Assembly: GCA_965203375.1 (NCBI GenBank)
Contig: OZ241886.1
Span: 28,818-92,817 of the forward strand
Direction: 5' to 3'
Length of the DNA stretch: 64,000 nt
Origin: Candidatus Aldehydirespiratoraceae bacterium
GTDB taxonomy: Bacteria > Actinomycetota > Acidimicrobiia > Acidimicrobiales > Aldehydirespiratoraceae
The notes beneath the pieces are model-generated. The model was not told the origin of the DNA. It searched no databases and was given only the letters and a program-made list of their open reading frames with translations. Shown here piece after piece: positions 8,983 to 17,448 of the stretch (positions are counted from its first letter, which is position 1; every line of letters starts with the position of its first letter). The translations under genes and the position numbers were made by a program.

Positions 8983-9441
8983 TTGGCTGAATCCAGCGCA
9001 TCCGCCGTGAGCCGGTCCCGCCCGCTGAGAGGGCGGGCTGACACGCGGGGCGAGGTTCTGCCGGTCGCCATCTTGTTCTTGGGGGTGATCTTCACCATCC
9101 TGATCGGGGTGCATGTGATGGTGGTGGCCATTGCCCGCACCGCGGTGCAGGCTGCCGCGGACGCCGCTGTCAACGCCGCTCAGGTCGCAGCCCCCGGCGA
9201 CCGGGCAGACGAGGGGGTGCTGGCGGCCCGGATCGCTTTGGCCGCGGCCCGCAGCTCGATCATCGAGACCCGCACGCCGGCGGTGGCCGTGGAGCCCGAG
9301 CGGGGCCAGGTGCAGGTCTTGGTGTTCGGCGGCATCATCTCGCCGGTCTTCGGGGGGGTGGAGCTCAGCGCCCGGGCTTGTGGCCCCCTCGACGACATCG
9401 CCACCTCGGCTCTCAGCAACGCCGCGGCCTGGCAATGCTGA
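8983..9441 (+). CDS. TadE/TadG-like pseudopilin A, copy 2
   Basis: 152-aa ORF (TTG start) that is a close paralog of 7754..8203: DTRGEVLPVAILFLGVIFTILIGVHVMVVAIARTAVQAAADAAV. Confidence 0.6.
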   Translation: MAESSASAVSRSRPLRGRADTRGEVLPVAILFLGVIFTILIGVHVMVVAIARTAVQAAADAAVNAAQVAAPGDRADEGVLAARIALAAARSSIIETRTPAVAVEPERGQVQVLVFGGIISPVFGGVELSARACGPLDDIATSALSNAAAWQC

Positions 9442-9986
9442 GGCTCCGGCTGCGGCCTGCTCGTCGCTGCCTGCTTGGGGCTGCCGCCGCCCGCATGGGC
9501 TCACGTCGCCGCGGCGCGCACGGCTCGGGCACCGCAGTCGGGGTGGCGATGATGTTCCCGGTGCTGATGATGGTGATCGTTCTCATCCAGATGCTCTCTG
9601 ACACCACCCGAGCCGAGCAGGCGCTGCAGGCCACCGCCAACCGGGCAGCCCGGGTCGCCGCTTTGTGCTGCTACCGGGTGGACGGCGCCGGCGGCGCGGC
9701 GGCGACGGTGAGAGCCGGGCTTGAAAGCGTGACCGACGCAACCGCGGGCAACCGCATCTACTGCAACAACGACCTGGCCTCCGACGCCAACGTCGTGTTC
9801 ATCGACGTGGACGACAGCGAAGTCACCACCGGACCGGTGCCGCCGGGAGGCACGGCCTATGTGTTTTTGACCTGCCGAATCCCCCCTCAGGTGATCGGCG
9901 GTTTCGGCCTCCCCTTCATCGACGCCGAGCGCCTGCTGGTGGGCGTGGCCACCATCGACCCCTTCCGCTCCCGCTCCGGCACCTGA
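9435..9986 (+). CDS. TadE-like pseudopilin B, copy 2
   Basis: Close paralog of 8197..8748. ATG9435 overlaps the A2 stop in the same ATGCTGA arrangement. The track ORF begins at 9378. Confidence 0.6.
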   Translation: MLRLRLRPARRCLLGAAAARMGSRRRGAHGSGTAVGVAMMFPVLMMVIVLIQMLSDTTRAEQALQATANRAARVAALCCYRVDGAGGAAATVRAGLESVTDATAGNRIYCNNDLASDANVVFIDVDDSEVTTGPVPPGGTAYVFLTCRIPPQVIGGFGLPFIDAERLLVGVATIDPFRSRSGT

Positions 9987-10083
9987 CCCCGCCGCCGCGC
10001 CCCCGCCGGGGCCGGTTGCCCCGCGCTCGTCGCCCCGCCCGGGCCGAACTATCTGGCTTGTCGGCCGCGGGTGGAGCTTTCCA

Positions 10084-10614
10084 CTAGGGGCAGAAGACAG
10101 TTCGAATCTGCAGGTAGGCGGCGAAGCGGTCAGGGGCTCTGACATCCGCGTCCGCGATCACCAGGAACCGGCGATTGTCGCCCGCCGGTTCGCTGTGGCT
10201 CATGCTGTGCCGTCGGCCGCCTGGCTCGGCTTCGGGGGACAGCTCCTGGAACTGGGCGAGGTCGCGTTCGATCACGCCCGCGTGGGCTTTGATCCCGTCC
10301 GCGAGCCGGGTCAAGCACAACGCCTGCCCCTCTGGACCCGTCCCGGCGAGAGAGGCCCCGGTGTTGCCTATCCCGATGCCTGTCCCCCACAGGAGCCCGC
10401 CGCCGCGGTTGTCGAACGCGTCGAGCAGAGCCGGCACGCCGTCGGGGGAAGGCGCCTCCTCGCCCTCGCAGCCCGCCGAGGGGTGCGGCTCGCCCAGGTC
10501 CACCCGCACCCCGTTGTTTCTCATCCTGGTCAGCAGCGACCGGTCCTCGTGGAAGCAGCCGCGCAGCCGCCCGCGGGCGGCTTTGAGCATCTCCCTCATG
10601 GCGATGCCCATCAC
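10084..10614 (-). CDS. Hypothetical protein, no family recognised (convergent with TadE-like B2)
   Basis: 176-aa ORF with mixed, protein-like composition (GTGIGIGNTGASLAGTGPEG...RRFLVIADADVRAPDRFAAYLQIRTVFCP). The opposite-strand ORFs look like GC shadows. A paralog lies at 14893..15300. Confidence 0.45.
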   Translation of the reverse strand: MMGIAMREMLKAARGRLRGCFHEDRSLLTRMRNNGVRVDLGEPHPSAGCEGEEAPSPDGVPALLDAFDNRGGGLLWGTGIGIGNTGASLAGTGPEGQALCLTRLADGIKAHAGVIERDLAQFQELSPEAEPGGRRHSMSHSEPAGDNRRFLVIADADVRAPDRFAAYLQIRTVFCP

Positions 10615-10691
10615 CCCGGCGAACGTCTGCCCGGGCCTGGGCTCTTCTAAGGCCGGGAAAGGGCCTGCTTGTCGGATCGTTTCAGCTTGCC

Positions 10692-10892
10692 TTGGCAGCC
10701 GCCGCCGGTTCGGTCGTTGAGACCCGCCCGCCGGCGGTGGCCGTGGAAGAAGACCGGGGCCAGGTGCGGGCCTTGGTGTTCGGCGGCGCCATCTCGCCGG
10801 TCTTCGGCGGAGTGGAAATCAGCGCCCTGGCCTGCGGCCCCCTCGACGACATCGCCGCCTCGGCTCTCAGCAGCGAGGCCCGGCAGTGCTGA
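10692..10892 (+). pseudogene. TadE/TadG-like A, copy 3, 5'-truncated
   Basis: Only the C-terminal ~65 codons (VETRPPAVAVEEDRGQVRALVFGG...) are present. The N-terminal TM part is absent. Confidence 0.5.
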
Positions 10893-11434
10893 GGCTCCGG
10901 CTGCGGTCCGCCCGCCGCCGCTCGCTTCGGGCCCGCCGCCGCACCCTCCGGCCCCGGCCCCGGCGAGCACGGCTCAGGCGCCGCTATCGGGGTGGCGATG
11001 ATGTTCCCGATGCTGATGATGGCGATCGCCCTCACCCAGATGCCGTCTGACACCACCCGCTCCGAGCAGGCGCCGCAGGCCGCCGCCAACCGGGCCGCCC
11101 GGACCGCCGCTCTGTGCTGCTATCGGATCGACGGCGCCGGCGGGGCGGCGGCGACGGTGAGAGCCGGGCTGGAGAGCGTGACCAGCGCAGCCGCGGCAAC
11201 CGGATCTACTGCAACAACGACATGGCCGGCGACGCCAGCGTCTTCTTCATCGACGTCTCCGACAACGTGGTCACCACCGGCGCGGTGCCGCCAGGGGGCA
11301 CGGCCCACGTGTTCTTGACCCGCCGAATCCCGCCCCAGATCATCGGCGGCCTCGGCATCCCCGCCCTCGACGCCGAACGCCTCCTGGTGGGCGCAGCCGC
11401 CATCGACCCGTTCCGCTCCCGCTCCGGCGCCTGA
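10886..11434 (+). pseudogene. TadE-like B, copy 3, frameshifted
   Basis: Homologous throughout to B1/B2 but split between frames: 10992..11318 carries AMMFPMLMM...SVTSAAA, and 11114..11434 carries GNRIYCNNDMAG...DPFRSRSGA. The leader is also out of frame. Confidence 0.55.
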
Positions 11435-11540
11435 CCCCGCCGGGGGGCGCCCGCGCCCCGCCACTCGGCGGGATGCTGCCGTCGCCACCCCGGAGTGGGC
11501 GAGCATCGCGGCGCCTTCGTCCCCAAGCCTCATCGCTCGG

Positions 11541-11670
11541 CGGGACACTGCCGTCACCGGTCTCGAGAGACGGGGCGTCACTCGAAGTCCGGGCAGCTTC
11601 TCAACCGGGGATTCTCTGTAGGGCCGCCGGCTGCGCTTGGGCTGGGGCCGCTCCCTCCTGCCCGCCGCAG
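11541..11670 (+). pseudogene. Pilin C-terminal fragment, frameshifted
   Basis: Same cassette as 8781..8909, but TCAACCGGGGATTCTCTGTAG versus TCAACCGAGATTCTCTGTAGAGCC gives a 1-nt insertion and a premature stop. Confidence 0.45.
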
Positions 11671-11743
11671 GGTCCGCGGTCGCGGCACATCAGCCCAGCA
11701 GGCCGCTCAGCCGGGTTGCGGCCTCTCGCCCGTGTGAGAGGTC

Positions 11744-12500
11744 TTGGCTGAATCCGGCGCATCCGCCGTGAGCCGGTCCCGCCCGCTGAGAGGGCGGGCC
11801 GGCACGCGGGGCGAGGCTCTGGCGGTCGCCGTCTTGTTCTTGGGGGTGATCTTCACCATCTTTGATCGGGGTGCATGCGATGGCGGCGGCCACCGCCCGC
11901 ACCGCCGTGCAGGCCGCCGCGGACGCCGCCGCCGGCGCCGCCCAGATCACAGCCCCCAGCGACCGGGCAAACGAGGGCGCGCCGGCCGCCCGGATCGCTT
12001 CGGCCCGCAGCCCGCAGCCCGATCATCAAGACCCGCCCCCCCGGCGACGGCGGAGCCCGAGCGGAGCCAAGCGCAGATCCTGGCGTTCGACGGCATCATC
12101 TCGCCAGCCTTCGGCGGGAGCAGAGCTCAGCGCCCGGGCCTGCGGCCCCCTCGACGACACCACCACCCTCGGCTCCCAGCAACGCCGCGGCCCGGCAACG
12201 CCGAGGCACCGGCCGCGGCCCGCCCGCCGCCGCTCGCTTCGGGCCGCCGCCGCCCGCAGAGGCTCACGCCGCCGCGGCGAGGGCGGCACGGGCGCCGCCG
12301 TCGGGGCGGCGATGACGTTCCCGGCGCTGATGCCGGTGATCATCCTCACCCAGATGCTCTCTGACACCCGAGCCAAGCAGGCGCCGCAAGCTGTCGCCAA
12401 CCGGACAGCCCGGGTCGCCGCACTGTGCTGCTACCAGATCGACGGCACCAGCGGGGCGGCAGCGACAGTGCGAGCCGAGCTGGAAAGAGCAACCGACGCC
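11744..12500 (+). pseudogene. TadE-like A and B, copy 4, frameshifted and truncated
   Basis: MAESGASAVSRSRPLRGRAGTRGEALAVAVLFLGVIFTI, then a 1-nt indel (ATCTTTGATC versus ATCCTGATC in copy 2). Further frame breaks follow. The B part diverges after ...ELERATDAAGG near 12500. Confidence 0.5.
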
Positions 12501-12584
12501 GCCGGGGGGAAACGAGCCCACGTTCTCGGCCGTCTCGCTGTTGGCAGAGGCAGCGACGGCGAGGCATGGCACACTGGAGGGATC

Positions 12585-12797
12585 ATGAACGTCACGGCAG
12601 CAAGCGCGGTCGCCGCCTCCAGGCCAGCGGCGTCATCGCCCGGCGGCGACCAGGCGGCCTCCGGCCGGGCATCCGTCACAACAGCCTGCGGCGGCAAGGA
12701 AGCAGCACGGATGATCTCCCAAGGCGCGCAGAGCCTGGGAATGATCATTGCTCTGCTGACCTCCGGCGGACTGTTTCTTGTGATTCTCGCTCACTAG
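12585..12797 (+). CDS. Small hypothetical protein with C-terminal TM helix
   Basis: GGAGGG lies 5 nt before ATG12585. 70 codons ending in MIIALLTSGGLFLVILAH. It sits inside the longer chimeric track ORF 11862..12797. Confidence 0.35.
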   Translation: MNVTAASAVAASRPAASSPGGDQAASGRASVTTACGGKEAARMISQGAQSLGMIIALLTSGGLFLVILAH

Positions 12798-12819
12798 CAA
12801 GGAACAAGGGGCAAGCGAT

Positions 12820-13530
12820 ATGGGATGGGTTACGGGACTGATAATTTTAATTTCAACTGGTGGGGCGGGGTTTATTTGGACGTTTGAAAGACATGTTCCA
12901 AGCTTCCGCCAACATCTACCTGATCGAATCCATAAGCTGATCTATAGCAGCCTGATATTTGCAGTTCTCTATTCGTGGCCAATATACCTGGTATACACTT
13001 ATTACGTATCGCCCGACAATCGCCTTACATGGGGGGTGTGGCTAGGGCTGATAATGGCTGTAGTATTACCGCCTGTTCTGGGTGAGGTTGTAGGGATCTT
13101 TTGGGACAATATCCGCTCATACTGGGAACTAATACTCTATAAGGTATTCAAGCATAGACAGGAATGGCGTCCTCATATCCCCACGGGCTTTGATTATGTT
13201 ATCCGCTCATTGGTGAACCGACGAAAGTTGCGTCCGCTTGTTGTGATCCGCTTCACAGATACAGCAGGGGATAAGCCGTATCTTGTAATAGGACATCTGC
13301 TCCACGCTTCGTCGACGCCTAACCCGCAAGATATTTACCTAAATCCAATCTATTTCCTCGGGCCAGAAGAGAAGATATCGCACAAGAACGTAATCTTAGA
13401 TAAGCAAGATGAAGGATGCCTGATCAGCTATAAGGACGTCATATACACGAGGATCTTATTGCCCGAACCTCAGACAGACTCTTTCACGCACAGTCAACAA
13501 TCCATGGGAAGGGAATTGCACAATGCCTAG
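12820..13530 (+). CDS. Hypothetical membrane protein (N-terminal TM helices plus C-terminal soluble domain)
   Basis: 236-aa ORF in an AT-rich insertion with 3-4 TM helices, then VVIRFTDTAGDKPYLVIGHLLHASS...CLISYKDVIYTRILL. Confidence 0.55.
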   Translation: MGWVTGLIILISTGGAGFIWTFERHVPSFRQHLPDRIHKLIYSSLIFAVLYSWPIYLVYTYYVSPDNRLTWGVWLGLIMAVVLPPVLGEVVGIFWDNIRSYWELILYKVFKHRQEWRPHIPTGFDYVIRSLVNRRKLRPLVVIRFTDTAGDKPYLVIGHLLHASSTPNPQDIYLNPIYFLGPEEKISHKNVILDKQDEGCLISYKDVIYTRILLPEPQTDSFTHSQQSMGRELHNA

Positions 13531-13708
13531 AAGTCCAAGCGAACAACGACCAACCCGGAGCCGCCATAAAAGGTCCTTTGAGTACTGGGGCGGCCAAAAT
13601 GGCAAACCGCCAGATCAGATAGAAGTCTCTGATAACCTTCAACGGATCACTCCCGTGCCGTCTATCATGGAGGAATCCGACACACCAGAACCTACCAGCG
13701 ACGCCTGA
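13523..13708 (+). CDS. Small acidic hypothetical protein
   Basis: 61-aa ORF whose ATG overlaps the stop of 12820..13530 (AATGCCTAG). A paralog lies at 13942..14142. Confidence 0.4.
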   Translation: MPRSPSEQRPTRSRHKRSFEYWGGQNGKPPDQIEVSDNLQRITPVPSIMEESDTPEPTSDA

Positions 13709-13745
13709 TAATTCAGCCAGATCGGCCGCGACGCTCGGCGGCCGC

Positions 13746-13949
13746 CCAAGATATGCAGCGGCGAGTCCTCATCCATTAGATATCTATCTGAAGCCGGTGT
13801 TCTTCCACGGAACTAAGGAACTGTTGGCAGCCCGCGTGGGTGGCGATACACCTTATCTAGAACGTCAAGGACATGGTGTTCTAGTCCGATATGAGGATGT
13901 GTTGTTTACTATCGTATTGATCTCAGAAGAGGAGGAATCAAATGCCTAG
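13746..13949 (+). pseudogene. 5'-truncated paralog of 12820..13530
   Basis: SPHPLDIYLKPVFFHGTKE...VLVRYEDVLFTIVLISEEEESNA* aligns with TPNPQDIYLNPIYFLGPEE...LISYKDVIYTRILL...HNA*. No start codon or TM part. Confidence 0.5.
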
Positions 13950-14142
13950 AAACCGCACTAGAAACGAAGCAGCCGGGGTGGTCAGGACTGAGGGCCCTCC
14001 TGGATATTTATGGCCAGAGTATAACGGCCCTGACAGAATCCGGGTGCCTGACGCCATACTCTCGTGGCTTGATTCTTCGCCTCAAGGTGACAATTCCGGT
14101 GACGACTCCAACTCTCAGCAGGCATCAAAAAACGAGAAGTGA
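13942..14142 (+). CDS. Small acidic hypothetical protein (paralog of 13523..13708)
   Basis: 66-aa ORF with the same AATGCCTAG overlap junction. MPRN... versus MPRS..., and YNGPDRIRVPD versus NGKPPDQIEVSD. Confidence 0.4.
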   Translation: MPRNRTRNEAAGVVRTEGPPGYLWPEYNGPDRIRVPDAILSWLDSSPQGDNSGDDSNSQQASKNEK

Positions 14143-14354
14143 AGGAATCAACAAACCGGGTGCAAGACAGTAAGTCGAGGCCCTGCTGGATGTCGTTAAG
14201 ATGATTGCTGAAGAGGCAAGCGATTATGCTTATTCCTGTCAATTTCTGTGTTCGCTCTTTGGCGAGCCTCTTGACACGGGTTTCTTGATAAGCCATTGAC
14301 GTCAGCCCCAGAGGGGCTTACAGCAGCGAGCACAGCTCGGGCACCGCTGTTGGG

Positions 14355-14798
14355 GTGGCGATGATGTTCCCGGTGCTGATGATGGTGATTGTGCTCATCC
14401 AGATGCTGTCCGACACCACTCGTTCCGAGCAGGCGCTGCAGGCCGTCGCCAACCGGGCCGCCCGGGTCGCCGCTTTGTGTTGTTATCAGATCGACGGCGC
14501 CGGCGGGGCGGCGGCGACGGTGCGGGCCGGGCTGGAGAGAGTGACCGACGCAACCGCGGGCAACCGCATCTACTGCAACAACGACATGGCCGGCGACGCC
14601 AGCGTCGTGTTCATCGACGTTTCCGACAATGTGGTCGCCACCGGCGCGGTGCCGCCAGGGGGAACGGCCTACGTGTTCTTGACCTGCCGGATCCCGCCCC
14701 AGATCATCGGCGGCTTCGGCATCCCCGCCCTTGATGCCGAGCGCCTGCTGGTGGGCGCGGCCACCATCGACCCCTTCCGCTCCCGCTCCGGCACCTAA
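14355..14798 (+). CDS. TadE-like pseudopilin B, copy 5 (5' leader replaced at insertion junction)
   Basis: Intact ORF from VAMMFPVLMMVIVLIQML to DPFRSRSGT. Homology to B2 begins only near 14325, so it may be an expressed truncation or a pseudogene. Confidence 0.45.
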   Translation: MAMMFPVLMMVIVLIQMLSDTTRSEQALQAVANRAARVAALCCYQIDGAGGAAATVRAGLERVTDATAGNRIYCNNDMAGDASVVFIDVSDNVVATGAVPPGGTAYVFLTCRIPPQIIGGFGIPALDAERLLVGAATIDPFRSRSGT

Positions 14799-14892
14799 CC
14801 CCCACCCCCCACAGGGGGGGCCGGTTGCCCCGCGCTCGTCGCCCCGCCCGAGCCGAACTATCTGGCTTGTCGGCCGCGGGCGGAGCTTTCCA

Positions 14893-15300
14893 CTAGGGGC
14901 AGAAGACAGTTCGAATCTGCAGGTAGGCGGCGAAGCGGTCAGGGGCTCTGACATCCGCGTCCGCGATCACCAGGAACCGGCGATTGTCGCCCGCCGGTTC
15001 GCTGTGGCTCATGCTATGCCGTCGGCCGCCTGGCTCGGCTTCGGGGGACAGCTCCTGGAACTGGGCGAGGTCGCGCTCGATCACGTCCGCGTGGGCTTTG
15101 ATCCCGTCCGCGAGCCGGGTCAAGCACAACGCCTGCCCCTCTGGACCCGTCCCGGCGAGAGAGGCCCCGGCGTTGCCTATCCCGATGCTTGTCCCCCACA
15201 GGAGCCCGCCGCCGCCGCCGCCGCGGTTGTCGAACGCGTCGACCGGGGCCGGCACGCCGTCGGGGGAAAGGCGCCTCCTCGCCCTCGTAGCCCGCCGAGG
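14893..15300 (-). pseudogene. Paralog of 10084..10614, N-terminally disrupted
   Basis: The C-terminal 115 aa are nearly identical to 10084..10614. Upstream homology continues, but a 1-nt insertion and an in-frame stop (near 15260-15290) break the frame. Confidence 0.45.
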
Positions 15301-15585
15301 GGTGCGGTCTGAGGATGCCCCGCCGTCTGACCGCCCGTGAGCGAATCGAGGCGTCGATCCCAGAGGCCGACTTCTAGAGCCGATTCTGGGGCCGCTCCGA
15401 TCAGCGGCAGGCCCGGGTCATTGGAGCGGCAGCCGTCCGTGTTCGTTGGCGAATGCCTCGCTCAAAGCTTCCTGCCCGGCCGCCTGTGCCGCGCTCAGGG
15501 CCCGCTCGGCGGCGGCCCAGTCGGTGATCCAGTCTTTGTTGTCGGCGCGCATCCCCGAGATCGTTCCCGCTAGCTGAGACTCCTC

Positions 15586-15764
15586 TTAATCCTCTAGTTC
15601 TAGATCAGCCCAAGCCTGACCGCTCGGCCCAAGTACATGCTTTTCAAAAGCTTCCTTGACGGCACGATCTATGGATTCTTGTCGCCTATTGGTCTTAATT
15701 AGGGACGATATTTGGTTATGCGTCTCTTATCGACAATGCGTCTTTCTATTGTGCTGGTGAGCAC
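15586..15764 (-). pseudogene. Possible frameshifted small ORF downstream of the Ntn-like operon
   Basis: GTG15764 opens MLTSTIERRIVDKRRITKYRP*. The adjacent frame continues LIKTNRRQESIDRAVKEAFEKHVLGPSGQAWADLELED* with no start codon of its own. AT-rich like the island. Confidence 0.25.
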
Positions 15765-15786
15765 AGTATGCTGACCGAGGTTGAGA

Positions 15787-15981
15787 TCAGTCAGTTTCTC
15801 TTTGGCTTGACGTCCGATTCTCTGCTTCTTTCACGGCCTGCTCAAATATCTCTGCAGCAATACGCCGACCGAAAGCCCGCGGATCCTCGTGCGGTGTATC
15901 CTTAGGTATCTTATTCCTTTGGATAACTTTAGCAAGCCCCCGGAACTCTTGACGGAATGACTCTTCAGGTACTTGAGACAT
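15787..15981 (-). CDS. Small hypothetical protein (64 aa) coupled to the Ntn-like gene
   Basis: The ORF overlaps the 3' end of 15965..17320 by 17 nt on the same strand. AT-rich. Confidence 0.45.
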   Translation of the reverse strand: MSQVPEESFRQEFRGLAKVIQRNKIPKDTPHEDPRAFGRRIAAEIFEQAVKEAENRTSSQRETD

Positions 15982-17320
15982 CGTTCATCCTCCCTCGGAC
16001 TCGAACATCGTTCTTATCTTTATTTTCGGCTGGACTTAGGTTTCGGTTTAAGTACCTAAGGTTCAGCTCTGAGTCGAAATAGTGCTTACGCTTAATCCAT
16101 ATGAGGCCATCTCCTTTTGAGATAACAGCAACATCAATTGGACCACCGACATCTTCATACTCAGGCGTTACCCTACGCCGAAGTGATGTAAGAGATATAA
16201 GAGATTCCGCCATCTCAGCTAGCTCTTCTTTAGGCAGCAAATTAACTATAGACATAATTGGATCGGAATATTGATCCATAAGGTAACCACCAAGTTTATC
16301 TTGAAAGCTCTCAACTACTTCAGACCTAACTTTAGCCATTTCATCTAGTAGGTCCGAGTGCATAGAAGTTGAAATAGATTTCTTAATTTTATCTCCGAAG
16401 CGTTCAATAAGTCGCCCTATCACCTCATCAACAAAATCCTCAAGAACCAGACGATATTCAGGATGAATACCATCCATGAATGTTTCTATCATATCTCCTT
16501 GAGCAAATGGGCAAATAAAGGCAGACAATTCTACACCATTTGGATCTCTTACACCAATTTCAATACTCTTCAATAGGCGAGCCCTTATCTCTCTACCGGT
16601 GACACCATCAACCTCATAGTTCAATAGAGCAGGAAATAACTGGCTTGTACCGAATCCGACAACAACTACACCGCTAGAAAAAGGAGAAGCGACCTTAAGC
16701 GAAGCCCTTACCATAGCTTTAGCGCGTTGTCTGATTCTTTCACTTGATGGCAGGTCGCCCAAACATTCATCTACAAATTTTCTCCAATCGCCAACAGCCA
16801 AATTTATCTGTTTGCCAGCAGACACTTCACTTATCTCTTCAATTGACTCATACCTGCTAAGTTCATTGATTCTGGCTTCTATCTGGGAGATTACTTCATC
16901 ACGTATAACTTTCTTGCCGAGACGTTGAGACTTAGTACTCTTTTCTAGCAGCACTATTCTCACAGATTTACGTATATTGATCAACTCCCACATCGCTGTC
17001 TCAAAGATCCGTCTATACTGCTCGCTAGGATCGACAAATAAAGGTAACTTCCGGATAAAATCATCAGCATAGCCCTCAACTCTACTAAAATCATTTGATC
17101 CGAGATCACGTCGGTATTCTTTTACTATTGTCTCCCATGGTGTATGTCCGAAATTTGCTGATCCATAAACCATCACAGCAATTGGTTCATTCAATGAAAG
17201 GGGGAACAGCTTGTTAGCGGTGTTGTAGATCTTGCGGCCTTCAGGTCCGGTGAGCGTCACTGCGCTGTCGGCGGCAAGGGCTACTGCTTCTCGGTTGAGG
17301 ATTGCTACTTCAGCGGTCAC
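15965..17320 (-). CDS. Oversized proteasome-beta/HslV-like Ntn-hydrolase candidate with large insertions
   Basis: 451-aa ORF. MT-AEVAILNREAVALAADSAVT...NKLFPL...VYGSANF at the N-terminus, with VVVVGFG and GGPIDVAVISKGDGLIWIKRK near the C-terminus, follow the strand order and motifs of Thr1 Ntn hydrolases. The fold call is from motifs only. Confidence 0.5.
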   Translation of the reverse strand: MTAEVAILNREAVALAADSAVTLTGPEGRKIYNTANKLFPLSLNEPIAVMVYGSANFGHTPWETIVKEYRRDLGSNDFSRVEGYADDFIRKLPLFVDPSEQYRRIFETAMWELINIRKSVRIVLLEKSTKSQRLGKKVIRDEVISQIEARINELSRYESIEEISEVSAGKQINLAVGDWRKFVDECLGDLPSSERIRQRAKAMVRASLKVASPFSSGVVVVGFGTSQLFPALLNYEVDGVTGREIRARLLKSIEIGVRDPNGVELSAFICPFAQGDMIETFMDGIHPEYRLVLEDFVDEVIGRLIERFGDKIKKSISTSMHSDLLDEMAKVRSEVVESFQDKLGGYLMDQYSDPIMSIVNLLPKEELAEMAESLISLTSLRRRVTPEYEDVGGPIDVAVISKGDGLIWIKRKHYFDSELNLRYLNRNLSPAENKDKNDVRVRGRMNDVSST

Positions 17321-17448
17321 GGAATGCTCTCCAAGGTAAGCCGGGTTCGGACGGTCTGCTTGCTGAACAGGTCAATACGACGCCCGGCGAATCGTTCTCT
17401 GGGCAAGCCTACTCGGGCCTTGAAGCAATCGCAAGGTCTGAAAATAGT

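Noticed and set aside
13982-14296. 104-aa minus-strand ORF at the right edge of the AT-rich insertion.
   Set aside because: Two thirds of it overlaps the plus-strand 66-aa ORF, which has a paralog and a conserved overlap junction. The remainder is short and unsupported.
15418-15552. Unlisted 44-codon ORF on the minus strand (MRADNKDWITDWAAAERALSAAQAAGQEALSEAFANEHGRLPLQ*).
   Set aside because: It is short, has no convincing RBS spacing and no recognisable family, and lies in junction sequence between the disrupted paralog and the AT-rich island. There is not enough evidence to call it.
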